Source: Lophium mytilinum
Taxonomy: Eukaryota
Direction of reading: 5' to 3'
Assembly (NCBI GenBank): GCA_010093605.1
Contig: MU004192.1
Location: 752,882 to 816,881, forward strand
DNA length: 64,000 nt
The translations under genes and the position numbers were made by a program. Below the pieces are notes generated by a model. It was not told the DNA's origin. It worked only from the letters and a program-made list of their open reading frames with translations, and did not search any database. Position 1 is the stretch's first letter; the number at the start of each line of letters is the position of its first letter. Shown in pieces: positions 12,701 to 24,995 of this stretch.

Positions 12701-15700
12701 GCTGGCTTAGGCGAAGCTGAGGACGAGGAAGTCAAGCCAACGTTCCGGTATAACACCGGTTACCCGCTTCAAAGGGACGGAAAAGGCTACAAGCTCATCC
12801 ACACCCTGCGCCATAATGTTGGACTGTGTCTCCATGAGGTTCACAAGTTCTTGATCGAGAAGCAGGAAGATGACGTTCCTTGTTTCAATTCTTTATATAA
12901 CGCCTACCGGTCCTGGTTTATTGACGTGGGGATCGAACGATCTGCTCATGTACTTGATCGGGTCACTCGACTTCTCGCGGCCGACGTCCATCCTTTCAAG
13001 TTCAGCGGCTTAAGAAAGGAATACCCGAGGCCATTGCTCGTCAGACGAGCTAACGTCTATCATCTGCAGAGATTACGGCATAACGCAAATCCCAGGCCAA
13101 AGACTGATCTCGACAAGCAACTCCTCCTCGACTTGGCGGAGTCCAGCGTATCACTCTATACCGAAATTCGCCGCACCGCTCAAACAGCCAATGAGTCCGC
13201 AGTCAAGTGCATACTTGGAGCGAGGCCTTTGGTAATTCCGCCTCTACTTGAAGCTCTCGTAAAAGCTGTAAATGAGAACGACTACCCACGCATCAAAGGG
13301 GCGATGTTCTCACTACTCTTCGGCAGTTTGGCAAAGACCATCAGCCGTGACTGGAGATTCACACCAACCTTGATCAAGGCTTTCATCGAAGTCACAGGAG
13401 CTGATAAACCATCAGTACAAAAGCTTGCGGGCAATGCTACTTTCCAGATAATGGACATGGGCAAGCCTTTGGAGCGTATGGTCATACTTGATCAAGACGT
13501 CGTCGAAGCCATTGCATTTGCAGTCGATTCTGACGATTTGGAGAAAGTCGAGGCAAAAATCGCTAAACGTCGAGAAGCTATCAAGAAGAAGCGAACTCGC
13601 ATAGAGAAAAAAAAGGCAGACTTGTCCGCAGAACTGGTAGACCTGGGCGCAAAGTCACACTGGAAGAAAGCGAGTCGAACGGCGGCTATCGTCGTCAATC
13701 TTGGCATGAGATATGACTCTATTGCTTCGGATCCGATGATTGATCTTGTCACCAAGGGTTCAATTGATCCTCATCCAAGCCTTCGTGGGTTGTACGGTGG
13801 AGCATTAGTCGGCATCTTTACCCTCATCCAGACTCGTGGTATAACGGGGCATAGTTACGAGAGATACCTTCTCAATGATGAGGAGCTTCCGGATAAAATC
13901 AACGTCCCAACAAAAGCAGATGACCCGAAGTGGACCGAAGAGCACCTAGCCAGTTTCGCTAAACCAGAGGCTCAATATTATGCTGACTTCGACTATCCTG
14001 GCTGGCTGGTGTGGAACAAAACCTTGCCTGCGTTCTTAACGAACCCACCTCCGATTCAGTACGACGAAGTCGAACAAGCAGTGCGAGCAAAGATTGGCAA
14101 GCTTCTTGATAGGGCTTGGTTCTCGCACTACTTTGCGTACATGAAGCAGGAACCACGGGATGCTACTTCAGATCGCTTCCGCATGTCTAGTTGTATGATG
14201 CTTACCCACGCTTTTGAGCTTGTCTTCTGCGGTTTGACAGAGACTACCTTCGAAGATATCAAAGACCTGACGCAATCAATATATGCTGATGGTAGCGACA
14301 AGCATCAACACCGAGCTACTGCTGAGATCATGGGCGCGTTCCTTTCGGTTGCGCCTGACCTGACAGCCGAGCAGCGTGCAGAAATATGGGAGTACGCATT
14401 CCCGATCATTCGAGGAATCTTCCAGGACGGCCTGACACCAGAGAACTCGTCGTACTGGACTACTTTCTTGCACGTCGTGCTGCAATCAAAGGATCCTCGT
14501 CGTGCTTGGCCCATGGTGGACTGGCTTGCGGGTTTCCGTCTGGACATGGACTCCAATGCCGCCTTCAAGGAGAGTTCCAAGATCCAGATGCTACAGCAGT
14601 GTATCCTGGATGCTGGATGGCATTTTCAGCTCGAGAAGCCAATCTTGGAAAACTTCATGCAGCATCTTGATCATCCGTACAAGGGCGTTCGTGAAGCGAT
14701 GGGTCAGACTATTGCGGCCATTCTCAGGATGAGATATCACGAGTCCTACAAGAGCGTCGGTACCCTCATTAAGACACAGAAAGAAGCCTCGTCGATAGGT
14801 ACTCGTCCATACGAACCTACGGAAGAATTCTCAACCACCATCACCGACGTTTTCGAACGACTCGAAGTCTGGCGAAAGGAGCGTCCGGCCGGACAACAAA
14901 CCCCCTCATCCTACACCCAGGGCGGCAAAACCGTCCTCCTCTGGCTCGACTCCACCCTCTCCTCCTACGAGTGCATCCAGCTCGTCAAATTCTTCCCGGA
15001 CGTCTTCATGGAGCAGCTCCTGCACATGATGGACATCAAAGAAGACCCGGAACTCCAATCCCTCGCCTACCACGTCTTCCGCCACCTCCCCAACATCCCG
15101 CACCGCGCCGGCGAGGACGCCGACTTCATCGCGGCCCTCATCCGCATCGGCCGCACCGCCACGTCGTGGCACCAACGCCTCCGCATCCTCATCCTCATCC
15201 AGGTCATCTACTTCCGCCGCCTCTTCCTCATGTCCGAGGCCCAGCAGCAGGCCCTCTTCGACTGCGTCTCCACGATGCTCGGCGACGTGCAGCTCGAGGT
15301 CCGCGAGGGCGCCAAGGCCACGCTGTCCGGCATGATCCGCTGCTCGCCCGTCGCCCTGCGTACCCGCACGGTCGAGGCGCTGAAGGCAAAGTTCACGAAG
15401 CAGCTCGCTAAGAACCCGCTCCCGAGGAGCCGCGTCCCAGGCACCCCGACGCCGGAGCAGGGCCGGCTGATATTGGTTCGTCACGCAGCGGTGCTGGGCC
15501 TCGGCGCGCTGATCCAGGCGTTCCCCTACACGAGCCCGCCGCCGGCGTGGCTGCCGGATGTGTTGGCTACGTTGGCGAGGAAGGCGGCGGCGGACTCGGG
15601 CATGGTGGGGAAGAGCGTGAAGAGCGTGCTGGCCGACTTTAAGAAGACGCGGCAGGATACTTGGCATGTTGATGTTAAGGTGAGTCACTCGTAACACAAA

Positions 15701-15800
15701 CCCGCTATGAAAGCGATGCATACTAACTCGATTACAGGCGTTCGAACCAGACCAGCTCGAGGACCTTGAGGGCGTGCTGTGGAAGAGCTACTTCGCCTAG
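9776..15800 (+). CDS. BLM10: Proteasome activator Blm10/PA200; exons 9776-10224, 10285-15679, 15738-15800
   Basis: About 1970-aa HEAT-type protein with LALPGIDANDLEKT, RHAAVLGLGALIQAFPY...PPAWLP and FKKTRQDTW, ending EGVLWKSYFA (HbYX-like tail). Canonical introns. Confidence 0.95.
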
Positions 15801-16668
15801 TCCTATTCCGCTAGAGGGAGTAGGTACGGTTGGAAAGAGTAGCTGCCTCCTCTCTTTCTCTCACACACTCCGGTTTTTGGGCCAAGGCTTTCCGGGGTGC
15901 TTTGCGTCACTTCTTCCCTGTTTTGCGTATCGTGTAGTGTAGATTCTGGCTGCATAGGGCTGGCGCTGTGCTAGTTGCTTCATTCTGGTTCCTGCCTTGC
16001 GCTTGCTTCAGATGAGCGGGGGGGTTTCTTTCACAGTATTGATCTACTGGCTACGAGTGACGACGGGGAAGGGGTGAGGGGGCCACGAACGATCGGAGCA
16101 AAAAGAGACATGTAGACTGTTTTGTTTTGCTTGATGAAGCTAACCGATAGACGACACACACAATTGCATTTGGCGTTTTCTGACAATAGTAATGCGCTTT
16201 TTTTTGCATTTGCTTCTGTGACTCTACCGGATTGATGTATCCAAAGCCCCGAAAGCTAGCAATTGTTCTAAAACAATAAACGCCGTGTATGCGATCCCTG
16301 GTGCTCTATCGGAGCCCTTTCTTTTTCTCTTCCCAGACCGCTTAGACGCCTCATTTTTGCTGATTCAAGAATGCCCTCGGATTGTGATTTGAAACCCGAG
16401 TAAGGATGCGGTAAACCCGAGAAACGCCAGTTGGCGCCGCTAAAAATGCGGAGGATGAATGTGTGCCAAAACCCGCCCGACCCGACCGCCACACCGCGCG
16501 CCCATGCCGTTTTACACACTCGATTTGATTACGCTCGAGGGACCCAGAACCGAAAAAACGTGGTATAGAGCGAGGTACTGCAAAACAAGGGGTATACACA
16601 TCGTACACGCAAACCTACCACAGCCCCGTTTTCGGGGCTCTATGCGTCTGAGAAAAACAGCGTCCCGT

Positions 16669-18845
16669 TCATACGAACATCAACCAGCTCAAGGCAGCGA
16701 GAAGACCGCAAGGCCTGGCCCAGCTAGCACCTCTGGGCCGCGACGGCGCAGCAGCAGAAGTCGAGGTAGGCGTGCCCGTTGCGACGTAGACGCCTGTCAG
16801 CCCGGCCGTCGATGTGGCCGTCGCGCCTTTGCCGCCCATCGAGGCGGTGCGGCTGGGCGGTAATACGGAGCTCGGCGCGCTGTCCTCTTCCTCGTAGTAC
16901 ACGCCGTTAAGGACCTTGCCTTTGCCTGCTGCGAGCTTCGTGATTTGATCCTCTGTACACGACGACAGCAGGTCGCGCAGCCAGCACATGGTGTCTTCTT
17001 GATCCGGCGTCTTGTTTGTGTGCGTCGAGTTCAAGAGCCCGTACGTCGTGAAAGTGCTCAGATCTGCCGCGTGGCCCATGGCAATCTCGGAGCCCTGGAT
17101 GATGCGAGTGAAGACCGTGAAGGCTGTTTCAGGTTGGTACGCCGGGACGAGATGGCCGGAGTCGTAGATCCGGGAGAAGGAGAGGTTGCCGAATTGGCGC
17201 ACCGCGCCGCCGACATAGGTAGAATTGACGACGATTTCGGCGTAGCCGGCCGCGGGAAAGGCGGTAGTATATCCAGGCGCAGCTGCAGCGACAGCAAAGG
17301 AAATCGCTTCGCCTCCGAACCAATTGCAGATGTAGTCAGCATCGCCGTACATCAACGCAACCCGGATTCCAAGTCCTAGGAGGCGTGCGAGAGAGGCAAC
17401 CTGGCCATCTCGGTTGATGTCGCCAGTTTCTAAAAAGGCTTTGAACACCACATCATTGGAGTCCGTATAGTTTACTTGGGTGCCAATTGACTGCTGCACC
17501 TCGGCATAGTTGAGATATTCCATGTATGCAGGACTTGGGAAGCTGACCGGCTGTACCTGTCTTATGTCGTAGTAGTTTCGACTGGAATTGGCATAGGCGT
17601 CTTCAATTGGCTGGCACTTTTCTTGCGCGGAACTGCACAACTGATTCGTCGCTGACTCGTCGCCCTCGCCTTGGGGGTCATGCTTCGCAATACTACTGCG
17701 ACACGCGAGAATAGCCTCCTTGCACCCTCCAGGAGCTTCGAAATCGCTGAGGCTGTTGAGCATAGTCACGTCGTCGACGGCTTTGATTCCATAGGTATTG
17801 TTGTTGGCAAATCTCGGGTAGTATGGCGTCTGTACAAGCTGGTCGACCAATCCGTTGATGATGCCAAGGGAGACGAGTTTGATTTCGAGAGTGCTATTGC
17901 GTGAGAGCTGACCAGACGTGCGTTTTGCGTTCTGCGCTTCAAAATAATCTGCCATGGCCGGGCCGTACTCTCCTCCGTAGCTTTCTGAGAAAAGATTGAC
18001 ACCAGTCGCGTACGTTGTGGTGCTGTTGGGCCTGGTCCCGGGGTTGTATCGGGGGAAGGCAGAGAGGAAGCCTTGCAAGAAATGCCAGGCCGCGGCTGCC
18101 GCAATGTTGGTCGTATTGGCAGTGCTGAGCGGGTTCCCTGAGCTAAAGGTGCCATTGAGGGAGGTATAGGGGGACTGTCCAGAAGCAGCGCTGGCAGGAG
18201 TGGTGTAGGCATCGGTGAAGATGTTGTGTGACTTGTTTACCAGAATGTCGTAGGAGAAGCCGACCTGAGCGGGCTGGTCGATGTAGAGCACATTGGAGCT
18301 CCTGTCCCATCCCCAAGTACGCGCTTGCGTGGCGTAACCTTCGTCTGTCTGAACGACCTCACATGGCCCGCTCTCCTGGAACAGCCCGATCATGCTGCTG
18401 CTCCCCGGGCCGCCGTTGAGCCAGATTGTAAGCGGGGCCGTCTCCGGGCTTTCGCGCGCTTCAATGAACCAGAAGAAGGTATTTATGGAATAGTTCTGCT
18501 GGTAGGGTGCAATGGTGTAGGGCGGAAGCTGGACATAGCCCGTGTACTGCTTCTGGGCCTCAAATGCGGTAGTGCAGGTGTTGGCATTGGGGGTCTTGTA
18601 GGATATGGTGACTTTGGGATCGACCGGGGATTTGATGACGGTCGGATAGCTAACGGGGGCTGGAAACTGAGCGCCGGAGAAGGGCAGGATGAGGATGGCA
18701 GCAACGATTGGAAGCAGCTGAAACAGCTGTAGAGGTGCATTAGCCTTCCACTCAGGTGTGCGACTGGGGTGGGAGCTGCAGAGCGGCTGATGGACGCTGG
18801 CTGCTGGATGCTTCGTTGGCATGGCCAGAGACTAGGACTTACCAT
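16669..18845 (-). CDS. Secreted, probably GPI-anchored serine carboxypeptidase (peptidase S10); exon 1 = ATG only (18845-18843), exon 2 18726-16669
   Basis: WLNGGPGSSS, LYIDQPAQVGFSY, FSESYGGEYGP (nucleophile), YGDADYICNW and SGHLVP (His). Signal peptide MLFQLLPIVAAILILPFSGA, S/T-rich linker and hydrophobic C-terminus. Confidence 0.92.
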
Positions 18846-19757
18846 GTTGATGAAGAGGGCAAACGCAAAGACTAAGAGGCAGCATGAATGGAATGGGCTG
18901 GGACAAGACAGTGGCAGCGCATGGAGAAGAGAAGCAGAGAAGCAGAGAAGCAGAGAATCCAAGAAGAACAGTGCGGCACGCGGGCGAGGCTACGCTCGCA
19001 CAGCCCTCTTGGAGGTGATGAGGGTCCTGGGTGAGGCTGAACGGGAGTCGTGGGGAAGGGCCCCAGGCGTTGGGCGCGTTTTAGTCAGGGAGCAAGTGCA
19101 GGCCAGCTCCACGCGGCCTGCGGCGGACCTGCAGCCGGATGGGAGTCGCCAGCAGCTTGGCAACGGGTGATCTCCAGCGCTGCCAGCCCATTGCCTTTTT
19201 TAAGACCATACCTTTGTACAGGCATGGCAGAAGAATGCCATTGTTGAGCCGCATCCGAGCGTGAGCATTCCAGCCGCCAAGTTGCTCGCAGCGTCGTGCA
19301 ACCTCGGCCTCTGCCATTCCCGGAGGGGGCCTTCGTGTTCCTCGAGCTTGAAGCTTCCTTCTGGGATGCTACTGACGCGGTCAAGCTTGCCAAATCGTTG
19401 TTGTACAGTTTTGAGTAGGCGTTCCAAAGGACCTCGAACAGTAGGTACGATTGCATCTCGACCATTAGACACATCAGAACACGCGATTCATACTCGTCTT
19501 GCTGGCCGTCACTGCATCAAGCGCTCAAAGAGGCTCAATATTTCACGCCTGTCTGTCACCGTATCAACCACTCGAGAGGCTCAGCAAATCGAACAGGAGA
19601 AAGGCTATCATTTGGAACAATCAGATGGCCTGCTAGGCCAGCTCGGACAGTGCCCCGTGGGCCTGCAGAGTTAAGAATAGACTTCGTGAATGCCAGCAAA
19701 TCCCCATCCGGCACCTCACCGCTCCGCCGTCGACTTGCCGCTCTAGCCCAGAGCGGC

Positions 19758-20322
19758 CTAGGCGCCCTCCTGCGTCTTCTTGCCCTCACCATCGCCGCCG
19801 TACGTGTCCTTGAGCATGGCGATCATGCGCTTCGCCTCGGCGGGGTTGGCGTCCATGTAGACGACCTAGGAGCCCTCAGCATGTCGAAGGGGAAGTGAGC
19901 AGAAAAGGGAAGCCACTTACCAGAGGCACATCAGTAGCCTTGCCCTTGCCAGCTTCCTTGATAGCGGCGTGGGCCGCGCACTCGGTCTCGTAGTACTTCA
20001 TGTCGGCCATCGAGTGGAAGATGATGCGGGCGGCCACCGTGTAGCCCTGGCTGCGGGGGTCCTCGTGCAGCTTGCTGGTGCTGGCGGCGAAGATGTATTT
20101 CTTGCCGTCCTGATGCCATGTTAACGGGGGCTGGGGCAGAGATTGGAGGGTGTTAAGGAGGTTGAGGGGGTTGAGGGGGTGGACGGGGTTGAGGGAGTTG
20201 AGGGCGGGTACCTTGAGAGCGTCGATCTGGATGGTGCTGAAAGCGGCCACCACGGACTCGATGTCGGCGGGGTCGGGGATCTTGAAGAAGGTAAGGCGGA
20301 CGACTGGGGAGGAAGAAGCCAT
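19758..20322 (-). CDS. Stress-responsive A/B barrel (Dabb) domain protein; exons 20322-20212, 20109-19921, 19865-19758
   Basis: VVRLTFFKIPD...ALKDGKKYI...DPRSQGYTVAA...FHSMADMKYYETECAAHAAIK, joined by two phase-0 GT-AG introns. Confidence 0.85.
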
Positions 20323-20699
20323 GGTGATGTTTGGGTTCGTGGTTGGTGATATGGAAACACAGGTTGAGAAGAGAATAGAGCTGGAGTCGAATGGATTCGG
20401 AGATGGATTGGTGATGGACGCTGACAGAATTGAGGTTGATGCGTAAGAGGAAGAAGAGGAGGAGAAGAAGAAAAAGAAGAGGGAAGTTGAAATAAGGTTG
20501 TCACGCGGCTGCTCTGCACGCTGGCAGGAAGTTGCAAAGGGGAAGTCACCAAGAAGAAGGCGCAGCCCGCGACAAGCCGAGTCGGAGAACGTCGTTGAGT
20601 TCGTAGAGTGCATCACATAGACAAGATGGAGCCCAAGAGGCTGCAGCGGCCCCTCACCCGCTCACACCAGCCCGATCGCGCTCTCCATGGGGATCCATC

Positions 20700-20930
20700 A
20701 GCTCGACTTCCAGCCTCGAGTTCTTTACATTTCGTGGATGTGAAGATGGATGGGCTAGGGGGGGCATCCGGCCTTTTCGATATCGTCAAAAGACACCGCT
20801 CTTTCAATTCAATTCACAGCTTGAATCATTCAAATATCAAATCACCAACTCCAAACCCGTGAGCTCGACTTCCGGCCTCGAATTCTTAACATGGTGTGAA
20901 TGAAAATATGGATGGGCCCAGGGGGGTCAT
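20700..20930. repeat. Imperfect direct repeat of about 68 bp (20700-20767 and 20862-20930)
   Basis: AGCTCGACTTCC(A/G)GCCTCGA(G/A)TTCTT(T/A)ACAT...ATGGATGGGC...GGGGGG.CAT is present twice, offset by 162 bp. Confidence 0.8.
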
Positions 20931-23900
20931 TTAACGAGCCTCGTAATGGCCGCCTTACCGCCGACTTCGCCTTATGTCTATCCAATCCCACCGTCTTCTC
21001 GTTCACAACGGTCAGAAGCCACTAGCGGGCGTCCCAGGGGCTGCCAGGACTGCGGACGCTGGCAGTCGCACAGAACGGGGGCAGAATCGGCAGGGCGAAG
21101 GCCTGGTGTCTCGTAGGGCTGAAGGGCATCGCTGGGCCTGGTTGAAGAGCGAGCAGACGAACCTGTGGGGCGCTTGCCCAAGTCGTTGCTTAGGAATTTT
21201 CGTCGACGTCACGTCCACGGTCGTCCACAGCTTGCTACGCGGCCATGGTGTTGATATATCGCGGCAACAGCCCCAGTATCACCATCACTTCCGCATGGAC
21301 CTCACCTCCCCGTCGTCGACCAGTAGCAGCAGTCTCTAGCGTTGCGGCCAGAGGCTACAAGGCTATCGCGCCCAAGCCCTCACCGCCGTTTGTGTCGATT
21401 GCGCACCCAGGCGGGACCCTGTATAGTCGACCGGTAACACGCAATCCCTAGACACCTATCCTTCTTCGCTCTGCGTTTCTCCACCATGCTCATGCTCATG
21501 CTCGGATGCTGTCAGCCTGCCTCCTTACCCGCGCCTCTGGAGCCCGTGGAGCCCGTGCTTCTTATGCATCTGATATCCTTCGCACGCTGGTTTGCGTCCA
21601 CGTATTAAAAACATGAGGATGCGCCGAATCAGGATTAGCTAGTTGTCCTAGCGATTGGCTACAGGCTTGCCAATGTTGTGATCCCCATGGATGCTAGCGT
21701 GTGAAGGGATCGGTGCTGTACCTCTCTCCCCATCCATCATGGAGCGTCCCTCACCCCCTTGCGAACAACGACTACCTACTACGATCCCATAGAAAGTCAC
21801 CGTTTTTGAGCCTTTTTAAAGCACCCAGTCTAGCCTTGCATTAGCGCATGTCCGGTGTCGCCGCTTGTAAGGGGCCCCCTACAAAATCAAGACCTCCGAC
21901 ATGCCGACGCTAAATGCACAATTATGCACATCGCAAAACTATAGAAGATTGCATCTCTACTATTAAAAACTTCTGAAAACCTTGCGGAAGTAGAAATTAC
22001 AGTGTTTCTTATTAATTTGCGCCTAATCCGCTTTTAATCGCATTATATTTAAGCTCTATTTAGACTTTTAAAGTTTATAGTGTCTTAACCATAGCTTTCC
22101 GAGTCAGCATGGGCAGCAGATGGTGCTCGTTTGGCGTTAGACGCTAGGAAACCGAGCTACAATACATCAGGTCTACGGCGTACGCGCACGAGCCGACGCT
22201 AGCAGGTGACTTTCTATGGGATACCGACCAGCGTCCACTCCCTCGACACCGTCTCGGCGCAGGTCGCGCTGCTGCTGGCGTCCTGTGCTGCCGGTACCTT
22301 GGCCTGGGCAGTCGTCGAAGCTTCACGCCATGTTGTTGTCCGTCGATGCACCATGCGCCAGCACTGCACATGCCTATATCCTCAGCGACTGGGCGCGGCG
22401 TCCGGGCAGTTCGGATAATGTGAGCAAGCGTTCGCTGCTGAGGTAAAGTACAACGCCGTCGAAATGCTCCTAGGATCGCCCTCTGCCCTCGTCAGGAACC
22501 GCGCTCGCCCCGGTCCACCCCCCGGCGTGCATGGCGGCCGTGCCTATTCGCACTCGTCGTCGTCTCGTGGAGCACCCCGGCGTGCCTGGCAACGTCCAGA
22601 AGGGTGCCGTGGAGCCTGTCCCGCCAGATTCGAGCCTCCCTGCTCCGCTGTGCAGTCTGTTCACTCTGCCAGCCTGCCCCCTCAGCAGCCCCGCCGGCAT
22701 GTCGACGTCGGCAGCATTCACGCACTCTGCGACTCATGCCGGGCGCGATGCCGCACATTTGCAGCCGTTGGTCTTCCCCCGTTTGGGCGTTTGGCGCAGA
22801 TAGTTCGGCCTCCAAGCATCAAGCGTTTGACAACTCACCACGCATTGCATGAGCACGGGCGTCCGGGGTGCGAGGTGCAACGACATGTCCTGCCGTAACA
22901 CCACCCACCAGCTGCCCGCCATGCCCGCCATCGAGACCCCTCGCCCTGGTGACTGGCCGTTGTGCGCGCAGACAAAGCCGTCTATTCTGGGTGTGACGCT
23001 GGAGCGCTCGACAAGCCACCACGCTCTGTCCACACGATAGCGTGTCGTCCTGCCTGCCAGTAGAGGCCCCTACGCGCGATGGCCGCGCTGGAACCGGCAC
23101 GGAGCAGGCATCGTCGTCCGCCAGGCCCAGTTTTCAGGTCGAGCGTGTTGCGTCCTGGCCGTTGGAGCCCTCGACGTGACCGCCTATCCACCACCCATCC
23201 CCCAGGCCCCTCGGCCTCACGCCAAGGCGCGCCCGCTCGTCCTTCGTAGCAGCAGCTAAATAGACGGACACGGTAGGCCCGTGGGCAGGCACATCTGACG
23301 TTGCGGTGCGGTGCGTCTCCAGCGAATTGCAGCACTGCATTAGCGGCCCCCCAGAGCGTGAGACTCTCTCCAGCATCCGCTCCGCCCTCCAGCTTTGCAG
23401 GCCGCCTCCACTGCTGCCAGCGTGCCAGCGTTGCAGCCCGTGCCGGCGCGCGCTGAAGCCAAACCGCTGCTGGCGACGGCGATCCGAGGACTGACGACGC
23501 GGGCTCCAGGCGTAATGCACCATCCCCAGCGGCCACTCTTAGATGCCTGCCGCATGGTGGCGAAGTGAAGAAGGTCCGCTCTGGCGACAACCGGTGAGTC
23601 TGTGCCTTATGGGAGCGGCGAGTTATCAAACCTCCCTAGCGACCTTCTGGAACCCCTCCAAGTCACTGGCCAAAATGCACGCCAACACATCAATATGGGT
23701 CTTGCCCTCAGAGCCGCAACCAGGCCTGCAGATTGTTCATCCAACATGTCCACTGCTCGCCGCCTCTAGCACGGCCGGACTCGACTCGGATGCATATTCA
23801 GACATGCCTGCTGCACCCGTGCCTGCAATAAATTACACGCTGTCCCGCCGTTGGAGCCATATGTCCCCCCATCCCCTTTTCATTTTCTGCAGACCACTCA

Positions 23901-24173
23901 CTCTCCCTTGCTGTTCCCCCTTCGATAGCCTCGCCAGCATACTAGACACCTGTCACGCCTCGCATTGGTAGCTGTCGCGCCCCCGAACCCCTTCGCCGTT
24001 GTACGACAGGAGCCACGATACCCAACATCCTCACCACCCGCAACCGCGTGGCAGTAGGGCTGTAGCCTCCAAGGTTCCACGCCCAAATCCACGAGCCCCC
24101 AGTAGCCATCGTTCCTTCTGCTCTCTAGCTCGCCTACGCCTGGCCAACACCTCGCTCCACACTCCTCGGTACA

Positions 24174-24995
24174 ATGTTCTACATCATGTACCTGACAGGT
24201 AAGAATGCCCTTAGTGCTCGCGGTTGATATTGGGGTACCACAGCGGTGGGATCTATCAACAATGCAGAAAGAAAAATCAAATTCGAGCCTCTCACTCAGC
24301 GTCTCCAGCGCCCCTAAGCTGCCAATGCTGTCGTATGATGCCGTTTCTGGCCAATGCAATTGTCTAAGATTGAATTGTGACGCCCGATCCGCAAAGCTCG
24401 AGACCCAACGCATCTACGTGTCTTGTCGGGCAGCCCGCTAACTCGTTGCCTTTGTAGGGCTCTGCACCCGCCGCCACTGGCCCGACCCACTCTACGAGTG
24501 CTACAGGACTCGCCACGGGCACGTTTTACCCCCACTCTCGTAGGGCTGCTAGCTAACGCACCCTCTAGATTCGGATGTACTGTTCGCGTTAACAATCGAG
24601 AATACACGACGGACGTCGATTACGAAACGGACGAGCTGGCCCGCAATGCAGCCGCCACGCGGGCGTACATGATCTGCAGGAACTTCTCCGTCAACGATGG
24701 CATGTACCCCGGCCAGCGGCAAGGCCAGGGAGGTGTCATTCAGGGGCTTCCTGTGGCGATTGGCACTGGGCGACGGAACACGTACTCGTCTAATACCGAC
24801 TACGACAGCGGGAGCAGCACATATGCGGAAACTGGAAGCGGCGGTAACAGCCCCAGGAGCAGTGACTGCGGACTCGAGTCGGCCAGCAGGCGGTCCAGCA
24901 AGTCTTCGACCTCTGGGTCCTGCTATTGCGGCCGAGGAACCATCCGAGCATACGAGAGGTGCAACTCTTGCCTGCGAGAGAGCGGCTACAACTAG
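24174..24995 (+). CDS. Small dsRNA-binding-domain-like protein with Cys-rich C-terminus; exons 24174-24198, 24458-24518, 24569-24995 (second intron GC-AG)
   Basis: Spliced product MFYIMYLTGLCTRRHWPDPLYECYRTRHGFGCTVRVNNREYTTDVDYETDELARNAAATRAYMICRNFSVNDGMYP has an alpha-beta-beta-beta-alpha dsRBD pattern. GCTAAC branch sites precede both acceptors. Confidence 0.8.

Noticed and set aside
14906..15721. 271-aa antisense ORF within BLM10
   Set aside because: Shadow of the extreme GC3 bias on the coding strand, with no independent protein features.
20151..20205. 9-bp tandem repeat (GGTTGAGGG-like) resembling telomeric repeats or coding PST repeats
   Set aside because: It lies inside the first Dabb intron, is not TTAGGG, and is a simple minisatellite.
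22144..23971. Many overlapping 70-215-aa ORFs on both strands
   Set aside because: GC-rich non-coding DNA giving stop-poor frames, with no codon bias or motifs.
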